A stretch of 64,000 bases of DNA from the human T2T-CHM13v2.0 reference genome, Homo sapiens. The DNA is taken from NCBI RefSeq assembly GCF_009914755.1, contig NC_060929.1, one strand, 5' to 3'. The translations under genes and the position numbers were made by a program. Positions 23,071 through 39,170 of the stretch are shown here, one piece after another. Every line of letters starts with the position of its first letter. Within the stretch, counting starts at the first letter, position 1. The notes beneath the pieces are model-generated. The model did not search any database. It was not told the DNA's origin and saw only the letters and a list, made by a program, of their open reading frames with translations.

Positions 23071-24718
23071 GATAATTTAGGGTATCTGGTGGAAGAAATT
23101 TCCAAGCAGCAAAGCATTTTACTTAGGTGCTGTTAAAATCATTCAATTTTATGTATTCACAAAGATATTGTTTGGAATTGGAATGTGTGTTTAAAAGGCA
23201 AGCAGAGCATAAAAGTTTGGAAAATTTGCAGCCTGACAATGAGATAGAAAAGAAAAACTCATTTTCTGAGGTGAAATTCAAGCTAGCCATAGAAATTTGC
23301 ATAAGTAACAAATGTTAATTGCCAAAACAATGGGAAAAATGTGTCCAGGGCATGTCTTAAGTCTTCATGGCAGCACCTCCCATCACAGGCCCAGAGGTGT
23401 AGTAGGAAAAAAATGGTTAGGTTGGTTGGTTCCAGAGCCTTGCTGCTTTTTGCAGTCTTGGGACTTGGTGCCTTGCATCCCAACTGTGGCTAAAAGGGGA
23501 CAATGTAGAGCTCATGCCATTGCTTCAGAGGGCAAGCCCCAAGCCTTGGTGGCTTACACATAGTGTTGAGTCTGTGGGTGCACAGAAGTCAATAATTGAG
23601 TTTTGGGAACCTCCACCTAGATTTTAGAGGATTTATGGAAATGCCTGGGTAACCAGACAAAAGTTTGCTGCAGGAGCTGAGCCCTCATGTAGAGTCTCTG
23701 CTATGGCAGTGTGGAAAGGAAATGTGAGGTTGGATACTCCACATAGAGTCTCCACTGGAGCACTGCCTAGTGGAGCTGTGAGAAAAGGGCCACCATCCTC
23801 CAAACACCAGAATGGTAGATCCACCAACAGCTTGCACTGTGCACCTGGAAAAGCCATAGTTACTCAATGCCAGCTTGTTAAAGCAGCCAGGAGTGGGGCT
23901 GTACCCTGCAAAGCCACAGGGGTGGAGCTGCCCAAGGCCATGGGAGCCTACCTCTTGCATCTGTGTGCCCTGGATGTGAGACATGGAGTCAAAGAAGATC
24001 GTTCTGGAACTTTAAAGTTTAATGACTGCCCTATTGGATTTTGGACTTGGATGGGGCCTGTAGCCCCTTTGTTTTGGCCAGTTTCTCCCATTTGAAATAG
24101 ATGTATTTACTCAATGCCTGTACGCTCATTGTACCTGTGAAGTAATGATCTTGCTTTTGATTTTATAGGCTCATAGGCAGAAGGGACTTGCCTTGTCTCA
24201 GATGAAACTTTGGGCTTGAACTTTTGAGTTAATGCTGGAATTAATTAAGATTTGGGGAACTGTTGGAAGGGCATGATTGTGTTTTGCAATGTGAGAAGGA
24301 CACGTGATTTGGGAATGGCTGGGGCAGAATAGTGTGGTTTGGCTGTGTCGCCACCCAAATCTCATTTTGAATTGTAGTTCCCATAATCCCCACATGTCGT
24401 GGGAGGCACCCAGTGGGAGGTAGTTAAATCAGGGGGGCTGTTGCCCTTACGCTGTTCTCATGATAGTGAGTGAGTTCTCCCAAGATCGGATTGTTTTACA
24501 AGGGGCTTTTCCCCTCCTTTTGCTCGAATTTTTCTTTTCCCTACCATCCTGTGAAGAAGGACATGTTTGCTTCCCCTTGCCCCATGATTGTACGTTTCCT
24601 GAGGCTGCCTGAGCCATATTGCATTGTGCATCAACTAAACCTCTTTCCTTTATAAATTACCCAATCTTGAATATATCTTGAATATGTCCTTATAGCAGCA
24701 TGAGAATGGACTATTACA
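23071..24718 (+). mobile_element. THE1 internal region (5'-truncated, 23071-24329) plus 3' LTR (24330-24718), THE1C-like
   Basis: 'tttagggtatctggtggaagaaattt...gcctagtggagctgtgagaaaagggccacc...ggggcagaa' then LTR 'gtggtttggctgtgtcgccacccaaatctc...gaatggactattaca'. Confidence 0.94.
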
Positions 24719-24784
24719 GTATTACAGTAGTTTGGGTTTTTGTTGTTGTTGTTGTAGTAGTTTTTAATCACTATCTCACTTTCT

Positions 24785-24920
24785 GTCATTATGAGATACT
24801 CAATGCTTATTTTGTGTATTTTCTGCCCTAATCCTAGAATCACCCATTTCTATAAGGAGCCCTCTTTTCTTTTATTGGAGAATGTTATTCAAAAAAAAGA
24901 CCTGAGCACTAGATACGGTA
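24785..24920 (-). mobile_element. L1ME-type fragment
   Basis: 'ctgccctaatcctagaatcacccatttctataaggagccc...ttattggagaatg'. Confidence 0.65.
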
Positions 24921-25329
24921 GTTTCTCTCTGTAGCACTTTTCATAGACTGCAGATATTTATATAACTAATTATTTAGTTTAATTTTTAAATATATCTTAA
25001 CTACATGAGAAACTAGCTTTGTACCATCAGGAACCTCTAGTAGGGACGATGGCATAGACATTACCTGTAATGATATTTAAAATTTAAGATTGTGGTGTTT
25101 ATCTTAGAATATTTTCTTAACTAAAAAATACAATTAATGAGTTATGCATTGGTATTTAGTTGTGTGATTAGTGCAATGCTCTATGTTATAGTCTACATAG
25201 CAATGATAGGTTTAATTAAACAGAAGGTAAAATGCTTAATTTATAATAATATAATATAAAACCACAAATAACTGAGAAATGCAGAATATCCATTACATCT
25301 GCATTCTTATTTTTAAAACTATGTCCTTT

Positions 25330-25630
<301 letters not shown>

Positions 25631-26524
25631 CTATGTCCTTTATAATGTGACTGCAATTAGAAAAAATATTTTAAAATGTTTATGAAGCATATATAGATTT
25701 TAATTCAAAGTCAGTATTATTTGGAATCTGTTAAATATGATCACCACTCTTCTGCTAGCCATTAACCCCTAGAAAATGTCACTGGTTTGACAGCTAAAAA
25801 TTTTTAAAGGGAATTTCAACTTTTTAAAATGCAATTCTCCTTTTGTGAAATGTAGTTAACCCGTATTTCTCTATAAGGCTCATTGACACTTATACCATAC
25901 TGCCATACTGTTGCTTTTTATGGAATGACGTGCCAGAAGATATGGCTAAATCACACAGATGCTTGATAAAAGGAGTTCAATCCACTACTTCTATTTGTCT
26001 TACTCTAATTCTGTCTTTACAATTAAAGATCATGACATAATTTCATATTAATGTACTCAAGTTTATAAATGTAACTTGTAAAATTAAAAACAATTAAAAT
26101 TATGTCTTATTTGCAACACTGAAAATTATTAGCATTAGACTTTTTGATGCCATATAGAATGAGATATAACTTGACATTCTTAGGTTAAATACATTATTTA
26201 ATATATTTTGTGCTTTAGTATCTGACTTGGGCATTGAGGAAGGCACTTAAGCCCTATTTGTGGTGCATTTGTTTTCTTTAACTATCCCCAAAATGTCAGA
26301 AATGAAAAGAATCTCAAAAATCTTCTAGCCCACGAACATTTACTTCTCTTAAGCAATAACAACTTTCTTCAAACTCTGTCTTTCATAGAAACATATATAC
26401 AATAGAAAGTAGATTTTTATTAATTTTAATACTTTGGAGTATATATTTTATTATGAAACAGACAAGTGAAAATCATGAAATAATTTAATCTTAACATCAA
26501 ACTTTTGAAGTGTTTTTGAGTAGT

Positions 26525-28260
26525 AAAAAACATAATTAAGGGAAGATTACATAAAGCCTTGCAGGACATAGTGAAGAATTTGGCTTTTACTTTTATTGTA
26601 ATGAGGAATTATAGTGGTCAGACTTAAAGACAGTCCCAATTATTTCTGACTCCTGGTGTCCTTGAATGTGTGTGGAGATTATTTGTTTCATGATTTTCTT
26701 CTAAACAACAGAAAACAACAAAATTGTTGACTGTTATTATGAATTTTACCTGTAATTGTAACATCTGTCTTGCTAGTAGCCTTTCTCTCTTGTCGAAGGG
26801 TGATGAAGCAACTTATTGTGGCAGAGAGGCCCCCTTGACAGGGAAACGGGTGATCTCCAGCCAGCAGACATCCAGCAACTGAAAGAGGCACAAGGCTGAA
26901 ATTCATCCAGTGACTGTGGTTCTTATTTATGCAACTCTCAAGGAACTTAATGCCACCAACCATCACATGAACTCGCAATGCGATCGTTCCCTCATCAGGT
27001 CTTGAGATGGAATTGCACCCTTCGTCTCAAGATGCTGTAATAAAGGAGTTGGCTGAGGGTTCAGTTTAATCTCAAGGATCCAGTTTCTGCAGTTTGACCT
27101 CAAGGACTGCACTTTCAGCAGAGGACCTAGCTAGGCAGTGCTCAAACTCCTGACCCACAAAAATAATGAATGTGACATAAATAAGGGTGTGTTGCTTACA
27201 GCCACTATATTTGTAGGCATTTTTTACACAACAATATATATCTAATACAGAAGTATTACAGGGTTTTAGCAGAGAGTCATCCGTGTTTTAATTACATAGT
27301 GAATTAATCACTCTGGTTGCATTTTGCACTATAAGCTCTATGTGGAAGACAGGAGATCAACTGGAGCTCTGATGCAAGAATTTGAAAGTGGCTTACAATA
27401 ATTCATAGAAGAGCAGTGCAAGTGTCTAGAAATGGCTAAATTCTAGATGGATTTGAAGGAGGAGCTGAAAGGATTTAGGAATATATTAAATTATATGTGT
27501 GTGAGGAAGTGAGGAATCAAATTTTTAGTGCATAGGTAAGTAGAAAGATGACAGTTGTTATTAGCAGAGATGGATGAATTATAAAGAGAGCACACGCAAA
27601 GAGCAGCATGGTAGATTAAAATTCTAGTATTTAACATATTAAGTTTTATTCTTTTTCTTTAGGTGTCTAGTGGAGAAGTCAAGTAGCTAGGCAGATATAC
27701 ATGCCTAGAATTCAGAAGAAAAGTCCAGATTGGCAATATAAATTTGGAAGCTGTAAATGCATAATGATAATTAAAGCCTTAGTACTAAATGAGAGATAAT
27801 CAAGAAAGAGCACTCGATAATAAAAAATAAACTATCTAAAAATGAAACTTGGACCCTTTGAATTTCATGGCCATAAAGAAGAGAAATTGCCAATAAAAGA
27901 AGCTAAAGAGGAATGTCTATAAAGCAAGTAAGGTGTTTGTAGGCCGTTATCAATGTCTAAAATATTCTGTTGGAGTAAGCCTGGAAAATGTTAACAATTA
28001 AACGTTGGGTTTTCAACACAGAAGTCATTGGTGGCCTAAAGAGGAGTAGTTCTGATGATACGGTGGGGATGAAGTTTAATTGGATAGAGATTGTGAGTAA
28101 ATGAGATACGGAAAATTGGGTATAGGATTACAGACAAACGTTGATAAAGAGGAGTAGAAAAAAGGATTGACAACTAAATGTAGAAACTAGACTGAAGAGT
28201 GTTCTTTTTATTTCTTAAAGAAGGGATGGATAATAGAATATTAATATGCTTATGTAGAAA
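26525..28260 (-). mobile_element. L2 fragment interrupted by an MLT1 LTR
   Basis: 'aagccttgcaggacatagtgaagaatttggcttttac', 'gatggatttgaaggaggagctgaaaggattt', 'acacagaagtcattggtggcc'. Confidence 0.75.
26612..27249 (+). mobile_element. MaLR solo LTR, MLT1F-like
   Basis: 'aaggaacttaatgccaccaaccatcacatga', 'cagaggacctagctaggcagtgctcaaactcctgacccaca', ends 'aataca'. Confidence 0.8.
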
Positions 28261-28419
28261 ATTAAATATACAAAATACAAAAAGAGAGAGAGTATAATTT
28301 CTAAGAATCCAACTAATAGTTATATTTTCCAGCCCTAGACTTCCTGATGCATTGCCAATCTTGTCGAATTCACTGTTAATATAGTTTTGTCTCCTTTCTA
28401 TTGGTTGCTTCCTAACTTT

Positions 28420-28730
<311 letters not shown>

Positions 28731-29564
28731 TGACTTTAAACTTCACTCTTTCTTGTATGGACTACTAAAGAAGACTAACACACCATTTAAGAACATGCTT
28801 CCACTGGTGTATCTGCCACTGGGGTTTCCCAATCATTGTGTGATGCTCATTTATGTGTGGTTTTAATCATTCATGTACTCTGCTTCTGACTATCCTATTT
28901 CAGTTTCCTATGAAACCTGTCCTTGTTTATTTTTTTCTTTCTTCAAACAATTTTTATGCAGCAGCATATTATTTGGGAATTTTACATCATCCAGCCATCT
29001 TCATGATATAAATAAAAAAGGCAAGGAGTAGGAAATGAACCATCTTATACAGAACATTAATTTTTCTTGCATATTAATTTTGCTGAGTAAATTGGGCTTT
29101 GAATTAGTACATATTGTTCTTTATGAAATCCTATTATATAGATGATTATCTGAGCCTTTTCTTCAGGGTACACTGAAGAATACACTCTTCTATAGTGACT
29201 TACCTGATGGAAATTTTGTTACCTAGTTTTGATATTACTAAAATTTTTTAAACCTGTGTGTTTGGTACACTCATGTATGCATTTAATTGTAACTGAAGTA
29301 GTATTCAGGTGTATTCATTGAGAAAAAATTCTTACCCTTGAGAAGGATTGGATTGTTAAATTTTTAAAAAGAGTTAGAAAAAATCTTTGGCTTGTACAAT
29401 GTTACTCTCTAGGTTTTTGAGGAAATTTAAGACAAATGGAATGGATTGTTTATATCATCAGAGATTATTTATAGCATCAGAGATATAATTTTGCTTAGAT
29501 CTTTAACATCTTACTGGACATTTCTATTTAAATGTGATAACAGTAATAACCAATACATGTGATG

Positions 29565-29785
29565 CTTTTATTTACACATTACAAGGACAGGCACTGCTCT
29601 ACACCTGTTACACAATTTAAATTACATACTGTTTACTAGATATCTACGAGTTGAGAGCTATTTGTATCTTCATTTAATTCATGAGGATACTTGTATAAAA
29701 ATAAAAAAAAATCTTGTCCAAAATGACACAGAGTGTAAGAGTTGATACCTGAATTAGAATCCATGGAGTCTAGATCCACATCATC
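29565..29785 (-). mobile_element. MIR
   Basis: 'caggcactgctcta...catgaggatact...cttgtccaaaatgacacagag...gaattagaatcca'. Confidence 0.6.
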
Positions 29786-31108
29786 GTATTATTCTGCCTT
29801 TCTAAAGAAGGAATGGAAGAAAACAGGGATCAGCTCATGTAACAGAAGTCAGGGGAAAGCACTTTCCAAAGATTCGAACCCCAGCAATAAAACAAGAGAA
29901 TGCTCTTTCTCAAATACACTGCCTTTTTATTAGGGTTGCTTCTTTTAGTATATTTATCTTATTATGTACTACTCAAGAATACCTTTCTCTAAATTAATTA
30001 ATGAAAACATACTTATTCTAATGAAGGAGCATTCTAGAGAAAGATTTTCACTGGTCTGGCTTTGGTAGTCACCATTATCTGGGGCATTTATTCACACACA
30101 TATCTCAAATATAGGGCTGGGAGACAGTGTGGCTTTGGTTGGCTTTCCCCCGTACCCATATTTACGCGGGAGACTAGCAGTTCCAGCAAAGAGGGGTGGA
30201 GACACAGGTGTGCATAGAGGAAAATATAAACATGTGGTACCCAAAACATTAAATGACAACAGTCATTTAATGGCTAAAATGTGTGCAAGTACGGATTCCA
30301 AAATCAACTGTGTGATTCTCAAAGAGTTGGACATTATTAAAGGTAATCATTCTAAACAACTTTACTCTCAGGGACTTCCTTACTTTATTTTTCTTCCTCT
30401 TTGAGTGAGGATAATGGAGGGTAGAGAAAAAGGTTACTGGCATTCACCATTAACTCCAAGCTTCCTTAGGCTCCTAGATAATCACTTCCTTTGTGGTCAG
30501 ACAAACCCTACTCCTCTGAAGTTCATTCCACTGTACTGAGTCCTTCTCACCATCCTGATTGCAATCATCTCACCACATCTTGGCCTTTCTGCCTCATTTT
30601 TCCAAAACATTAGCACCAAGACCTCAGTTTTCTTTCCAACCTGTGTTTTAAAAGCATTCCTAGATACTTTAAATTCCTCCCATGCAGATGCAGATGTCTG
30701 AAACACCACCAAATCCTCTCATTTACTTAAACTATTGATCTCTATTTAAAATTCTCTACACTTCACCTTACTCAGAAGCTTGTATGTTTATACCTGGAAT
30801 ATCTAATCACCATAAAATACGCTGCTTTGAAAATCATTAATTCAATGCCTTAATGTAATGAACCAGTCTTCTACATCACTTCATTAGGCAATCTCATTAC
30901 AACCATTATTTAATTTCACTGCATACATTTGCTTTTATCTTACCCCAAATTTAGTTTCAATAAACTATAAACAATACCAATTTATTTAGCTCATAAATAA
31001 ACAATACCAATTTATTTAGCTCAAAACTGTGGTCCTAGGTTGGGGGTTTTCAACTGGTCCCCCTCATGTCTCTGTGGACAACTCTCGGGTTACCTGAGGA
31101 TTGGCTGG

Positions 31109-33135
<2,027 letters not shown>

Positions 33136-33677
33136 GCTGGCATCAGATGGTCTCAACTGAGCTAGCTCGTCTCTGCTACATATAGTCTTTCATCCTCCAG
33201 GCTTTTTCTCATAATGACTGGGAAGGATTCCAAGAGAGCCAGCAGGAGCTTGTAAGGGTGTCTGAGGTCTAAACATAGTTCTGACACAAAGTCATTTCTG
33301 CTCAATCTAATTTTTCAGAGTTAGTCGTAAGTATTGACAGGAGACATGGTAAAGTTGCATTGCAAATAGATATGAATTGTAGGAAGGGAATAATTATAGC
33401 AATTTATTTCAGGAAAATAATAGATTTATCATTGTCAGTCCTCCAAATCTAATCATTTACATCCCTCTTCTTCACCTCCTCCCAAGACCACCAAATCTCC
33501 AAATCTCCTCTGATCAATGGTGTTATGTTTGACAACCAGGACCTCAACCATCAATAAGAGATATATAAGTGGTCCCTCTTGATTAAGGTGCCTATGAACA
33601 AAGATTAACAAGCCAGCCTTCCTCTACATATGCAAAGTACACTGGAGAGACAAGGAGAGGATATGCAGGAGATACTC

Positions 33678-33872
33678 TCATATAACATTATATACATATA
33701 ATGTGTATGTGTGTGTATATATATACACACGATATGTATGTACACACATTATATGTATATACACAATGTATGTGCGTATACACATATATATAGTGTGTGT
33801 GTATATATCTGTTGTGCGTGTATATGTGTATATGTGTATACACGTTGTGTATGTGTGTATATGCACACGTAC
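33678..33872. repeat. (TA/TG/CA)n low-complexity tract
   Basis: Alternating purine-pyrimidine repeats. Confidence 0.9.
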
Positions 33873-34879
33873 AACAGCCACTGGTCTACAGCAATGACTG
33901 AAATTCCAACGGGAAAATGTTGCCAGCTTCTCCAAGACCAGACCAGAATGTTTGTTCATTAGAACTCAGTTCTGTTCCCTGGGAAAAGCTCTCCAGGCTA
34001 TTGCTTTTTAATGCTTCTTGGGAACAACTTCATAATCCACTGGTCTGTAAAGTTTTCTGGGAGTGGCTCCTTAATGCATTGTTCTTCATGCTTCTCTCCA
34101 TGATCCTCAGCTCGACACCCTGAAATATTGTGTTATTTTCTCAAAGTAATGATCTGTGTTTGTATGGTGATAACTATTGATGAGTTGGTAGATGATTCTG
34201 TATGTTTGTGTGTGAGTAGCCTGCTTTATGTTCACATAAAGTTAAAATGCCAGAAGCCTTTCTTGTAATTTGAGCTGTCTCAGTCACTTTTAATCTAAGT
34301 TACCAGTGTTTTCAGCCGCATACTTTTCTAACAATTTTGGATGTTTTTTGAGGTTGAGTAAACTTCATTACCAAAATTTACATAACATTTTAATTCTAGA
34401 CAGGTAGATGCCAATGCATTTATTTAGAAGAAACATACCATTCAGCTCTTGGTTTTATCTTTGTCCATAGGGCTTGTTTCACTTCAAAATCTGTAATTAT
34501 CTGTGAATCCTACATGCTAAACAAAGTTTATTTTCCAATATAACACAACTGGTCCTATATATTTTCTGTAAATTCTTTTTTAAAACATTAATTCTTTCTA
34601 TAACTCACCTTTTTCAGTGACTTAACAGTGACAGCTAGGTACTCAGGTGACACATTCAAAAATATGCCTAGATCTGTCTTTAGCTAAGTCCAAAGATCTT
34701 TTAGTGCACTTTATATCTTCTAAATTAATTTAGGTGGTAGTTTTGACAATTGTTCCACTAATACAGATGTCATTTTTCCAGACTCCAGTTATACTATATT
34801 CATTAATTCTGCAGTCTTTGCTAAAAATATATCATTTTTCAAGCTCTACATGCCACTTGGTCTTAAAGCTAGTTTTACT

Positions 34880-35520
34880 TTGAAATAGGAGAGGTCCCCA
34901 GATGATCTTGGCCTTGTCAGTTCTTTCCTCTCTGCTTGTAGCTCTCAGAATATCTGCAAATGCAATATCCTGAGATAAGGAAGAAATGTCTAGAACAGCC
35001 TGCGCTGTGTCCTCATGTCTACCAAAACAAATTGTCCTGCAATACTTTAACTCAGTGATCCTTGTTGTGCCTGGTATATAAAATCCAATATGGAATGCTT
35101 TTGGTGTCTCTCAGCTGCTGTGCAATGTGGTGCATGCACAGACAGCACTCCACCTGCCCTGGGCAGCTTTCCTGATTCTTTTTTTTTTTTTTAATTATTA
35201 TTATTATACTTTAAGTTTTAGGGTACATGTGCACAACGTGCAGGTTTGTTACATATGTATACATGTGCCATGTTGGTGTGCTGCACCCATTAACTCGTCA
35301 TTTAGCATTAGGTATATCTCTTAATGCTATCCCTCCCCCCTCCCCACACCCCACAACAGTCCCCTGTGTGTGACGTTCCCCTTCCTGTGTCTTGATTCTT
35401 AAAAGACCGGTTCTCCATGAATCCTACACTTCTATTTATCCTTGCTGCCTGTCTGCTTTGCCTGACTTGTGTGAATGTTCTGTATCCCCAGACTCAAATG
35501 GTAGAAAACCTTTGCACACA
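34880..35520 (+). mobile_element. ERVL solo LTR, MER54-like, interrupted by an L1PA
   Basis: 'gcttgtagctctcagaata...atcctgagataagga...ctccacctgccctgggcagctttcctga' resuming 'gaccggttctccatgaatcct'. Confidence 0.72.
35181..35392 (-). mobile_element. Young 5'-truncated L1PA (about L1PA3)
   Basis: Poly(T), 'ttatactttaagttttagggtacatgtgcac...ctcgtcatttagcattagg'; TSD tgattctt at 35173-80 and 35393-400. Confidence 0.95.
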
Positions 35521-37182
35521 TTTTTTAGGATTTTATTATGGCAAGGCCACAGTTCTAATACTTGACTTGTAGCATGAGAAAACTTCTACTATGGAAAACA
35601 AGCCAGAATAATACCAAAAAATGAGGTAATGACTGCTTAGGCGAACTTAAGAAACGCTTCCCATTAATTCGTTACTGTCAAACTGAAAGAGATACTTCCA
35701 GTGACACACTAAAAGCTTGATTTATGGCACTAATATATTAGACATTTACCTTCAGTGACATTAAGAGAAGCATATCGATTAAACTGTATGAATAATTTGA
35801 TGTTAAGACAGGATTAATACAAGTAACAAAATAAACTTTCCAAATGATGTTAATATACTGTTATGAACAACATGAATTTAAAAGGATAGCCATACACAAC
35901 TCTACAGCCATGTACAACTCTACAGGAAAACAAAACAAAAATTAAAAACAAAAGATGTAACACATACACCCACAAACCAACTGCATAACCACATCCTCTT
36001 CACTGTGTAACTTAGAAGATCAGGTATAAAAAGGAACATAGGGCTATGTTTCTAAAATATTTTCATATGACAAAATTATTACTTAATTTTGAGGTCCTTG
36101 ATGTATGTTAGTATAATAAAGACTGAGTAATTATTGTTATAAAGACATCTAATATTCTTTGTGTGTGTGTTTAAGATTTCCTCATGTATATTTAAATGTA
36201 GAGCAGTTCCTTTTTGTCTGGGACATATCTATTGGTGTCTGTTTCAGTCTTAATTTACTGAAAGAGCTCTTCTTGGTTACATATTGATTATTTTGCATTG
36301 GTTTATTTTTGTGTATATTTTGACTTAGGAGCTTTTAATCTTTGCTACTCTTCAGAGTTTAATAAACAGGTTTGTTTTTATCAAATAAAATGAGTAAATA
36401 AGAGGGCACCAATTTTACACAATTGTTTGGAAGTAATAGTGTCAGAATCTGACAATCTCATGACAACATTTAAGTATGTGCACTATGAAAGAATAATTGT
36501 AATGTCCTTGAAAGTGGAATATTTGTATACTATTATTTACTGCAGGCCCTGATATAATGTGAAAATGACAACAGGTGCTAGATAAATATTTGTAATGTTA
36601 GTGATCTTTAATATTGGCACTTTCCAAATTGAAATTACAGTTTTATTTCAATAATATTATGAGAGGTTTTTAAAACACAAGGAAAAGGAAAGATCTTTCA
36701 TGTTTATAGATCAGAAAAAGTAATATTGTTAAAATGTTCATAATACCCAAACTGAATCATTGATTCAATGCAATTCCTATCTTCCAATGACATTTTCAAA
36801 AGAATTAGAAAAGGAAGTCATAATTAATTTGTATGAAACTACAAAAGACACTGAGTAACCAAAGCTTTCTTGAGTTAAAAGAACAAAGCTGGAGATATCA
36901 CACTACCTGAATTTGAAATGTACTACAAAGCTATGGTAATTAAAACAGCATGATATTGGCATAAAATCAGACACATTGATCAATGTAAGAAGATAGAGAG
37001 CCCACAAATAAAGTCACAGACTTAAAGTTAACAGACTTTTTACAAAGGTGACAAGAAGAACACACAATGGAAGAAATGGAGAAAAGGAAGTCTTTTTAAT
37101 AAATGGTGCTGGCAAAGCTGGGTATCCACATTCAGAGAATAAAATTAGATCCTTATTTCACACCGCATAAAACAATAAACTC

Positions 37183-37489
37183 GGCCAGATGCAGGCTTAT
37201 GCCTGTAATCCCAGCACTTTGGGAGGCCGAGGTGGGCAGATCACCTGAGATTGGGAGTTCAAGACCAGCCTGACCAACATGGAGAAACCCCGTCTCTACT
37301 AAAAATACAAAACTTAGCTGGGCATGGTGGTACATGCCTGTAATCTCAGCTACTCAGGAGGTTGTGGCAGGATAATCATTTGAGCCCGGGAGTCAGAGGT
37401 TGCAGTGAGCTGAGATCACGCCATTGCACTCCAGGCTGGCCAACAAGAGTGAAACTCTGTCTCAAAAAAAAAAAAAAAAAAAAAAAAAA
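37183..37489 (+). mobile_element. AluSp
   Basis: Sp diagnostics 'ccagcctgaccaacatggagaaacccc' and 'ccattgcactcc...caacaagagtgaaactc'; long A tail. Confidence 0.93.
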
Positions 37490-38213
37490 CCTACTCAAAA
37501 TGGATTAAAGACTTAAACATAAAACTTGAAACTGCAAAATCATTGGAACAAAACATATAATAAAGCTTCATAACATTAATCTGGACAATACTTTTTTTGA
37601 ATATGCATTCTAAAGCAAAAAGCCAAAAGCAAAAATAGACAAATGAGATGACATCAAACTAAAAAGCTTCTGCAAAGCCAAGGAAACCATCAATAGAGTA
37701 AAGAACCAATCTACAGAATGAGATAACACACTTGCAAGCCATGACTTTCACAAGAGATTATTATTTTAAAATATATAAGAAACTCAAATAACACAATAAC
37801 AAGTAAACAAATAATCTTATTAAAAATTGGGCAAAAGATCTGAATAGACATTTCTCAATAGAAGATGTACAAGTAGCCAAAAGGTATATAAAAATGATCA
37901 ATATTACTAATTATCAGGAAAATGCAAATTGAAAGCACAGTAAGATATCACCTCACACCTGCTAGAATGGCTGTTATCAAAAAGACAAAAGATAACAAGT
38001 GTTGGCAAAGATTTGGAGAAAAGGGAACTGTTTTATACTGCTGTTGGGAATGTAAGTTCACACAGCCATTATGAAAGAAAATGTATGTAAGTTCCTCAGA
38101 AAATTAAAAGTAAGACTACCATATTATCCAGCAAATTGACTACTGAATTTATATTCAAAGGAAATGAAATTGATATGTCAAAGAGATATCTATCCTCTCA
38201 TTTGTATTGCAGT

Positions 38214-38597
38214 AGTATTGGTCCATTTTCATGCTGCTGATAAAGCCATATCTGAGACTTGGAAGAAAAAGAGGCTTAGTGGACTTACAGTTCCACATGG
38301 CTGGGGAGGCATTACAATCATGGTGGAAGGCAAGGAAAAGCAAGTCACATCTTACATGGATGTCAGCAGGCAAAAAAAAAAAAAAAAGAGAGAGAGAGAG
38401 AGAGCTTGTGCAGGGAAACTCCTGTTTTTTAAAACCATCAGAACTCGTGAGACTTATTCACTACCATGAGAAGAGTCCAGGGGAAACTGCCCCCATGATT
38501 CAATATCTCCCACCAGGCCTTTCTTACAACATGGAGCATTTATGAGAGAACAAGTCAAGATGAGATGTGGGTGGGGACATAGAGCCAAACCATATCA
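38214..38597 (-). mobile_element. THE1A-like solo LTR
   Basis: 'gtccattttcatgctgctgataaag...ggaagaaaaagagg...gagccaaaccatatca'. Confidence 0.92.
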
Positions 38598-39170
38598 ACT
38601 GACAATAGTCAAGATATGGAATCAACCTAAGTGTCCATTAATGAATGAATGAGTAAAGAAAATTGGGTGAATATACACAATGGAATATCACTCAGCCTTA
38701 AAAAGAAGAAAATTCTTTCATTTGGGACAAAATCAATGAACCTAGAGGACATTATATTAAATGAAATAAGCCAGGCACAGGAAGATAAATGCCACATGAT
38801 CTCACCTATATGTAGAATGTAAAAAAAAATAAAATGAATTTTGGAAGTGGAAAGCAGAATAGTGGCTACCCGCAGATTAGGGTTAGAAGTGACTATTAGG
38901 TGTTCATCAAAGGATATAAAATTTCAGTTAGATGAAAGAAATATGTTAAAGACATCCATTGTACAACATGGTAAATATAATTAATAAGAATGTATTATAT
39001 TTTTAAAAATTGCTACAGTATAGATTTTAATTGTTCTCACCACAAAGTAAGTTTGTCTGGTAATACATATGTTAATTACTTCAACTTAGTCACTTCACAA
39101 TATATACCTGTTTTAAACAACATGTTTTATATAGTAAGTATATACCATTTTTTGTCCATTAAAAATAAAT

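Larger units (their letters stand above)
36670..39170 (+). mobile_element. 5'-truncated L1MA (about L1MA7-8) with nested AluSp and THE1A LTR
   Basis: ORF2 'gaacaaagctggagatatcacactacctga', 'gatatcacctcacacctgctagaatggc'; 3'UTR 'tgttctcaccacaaa'. Confidence 0.9.

Noticed and set aside
23633-24095. ORFs of 74-130 aa
   Set aside because: Chance frames within THE1 internal sequence.
33678-33962. Tyr/Val/Cys/Ile-rich ORFs (also at 9368, 56513, 58895)
   Set aside because: Translations of dinucleotide low-complexity DNA.
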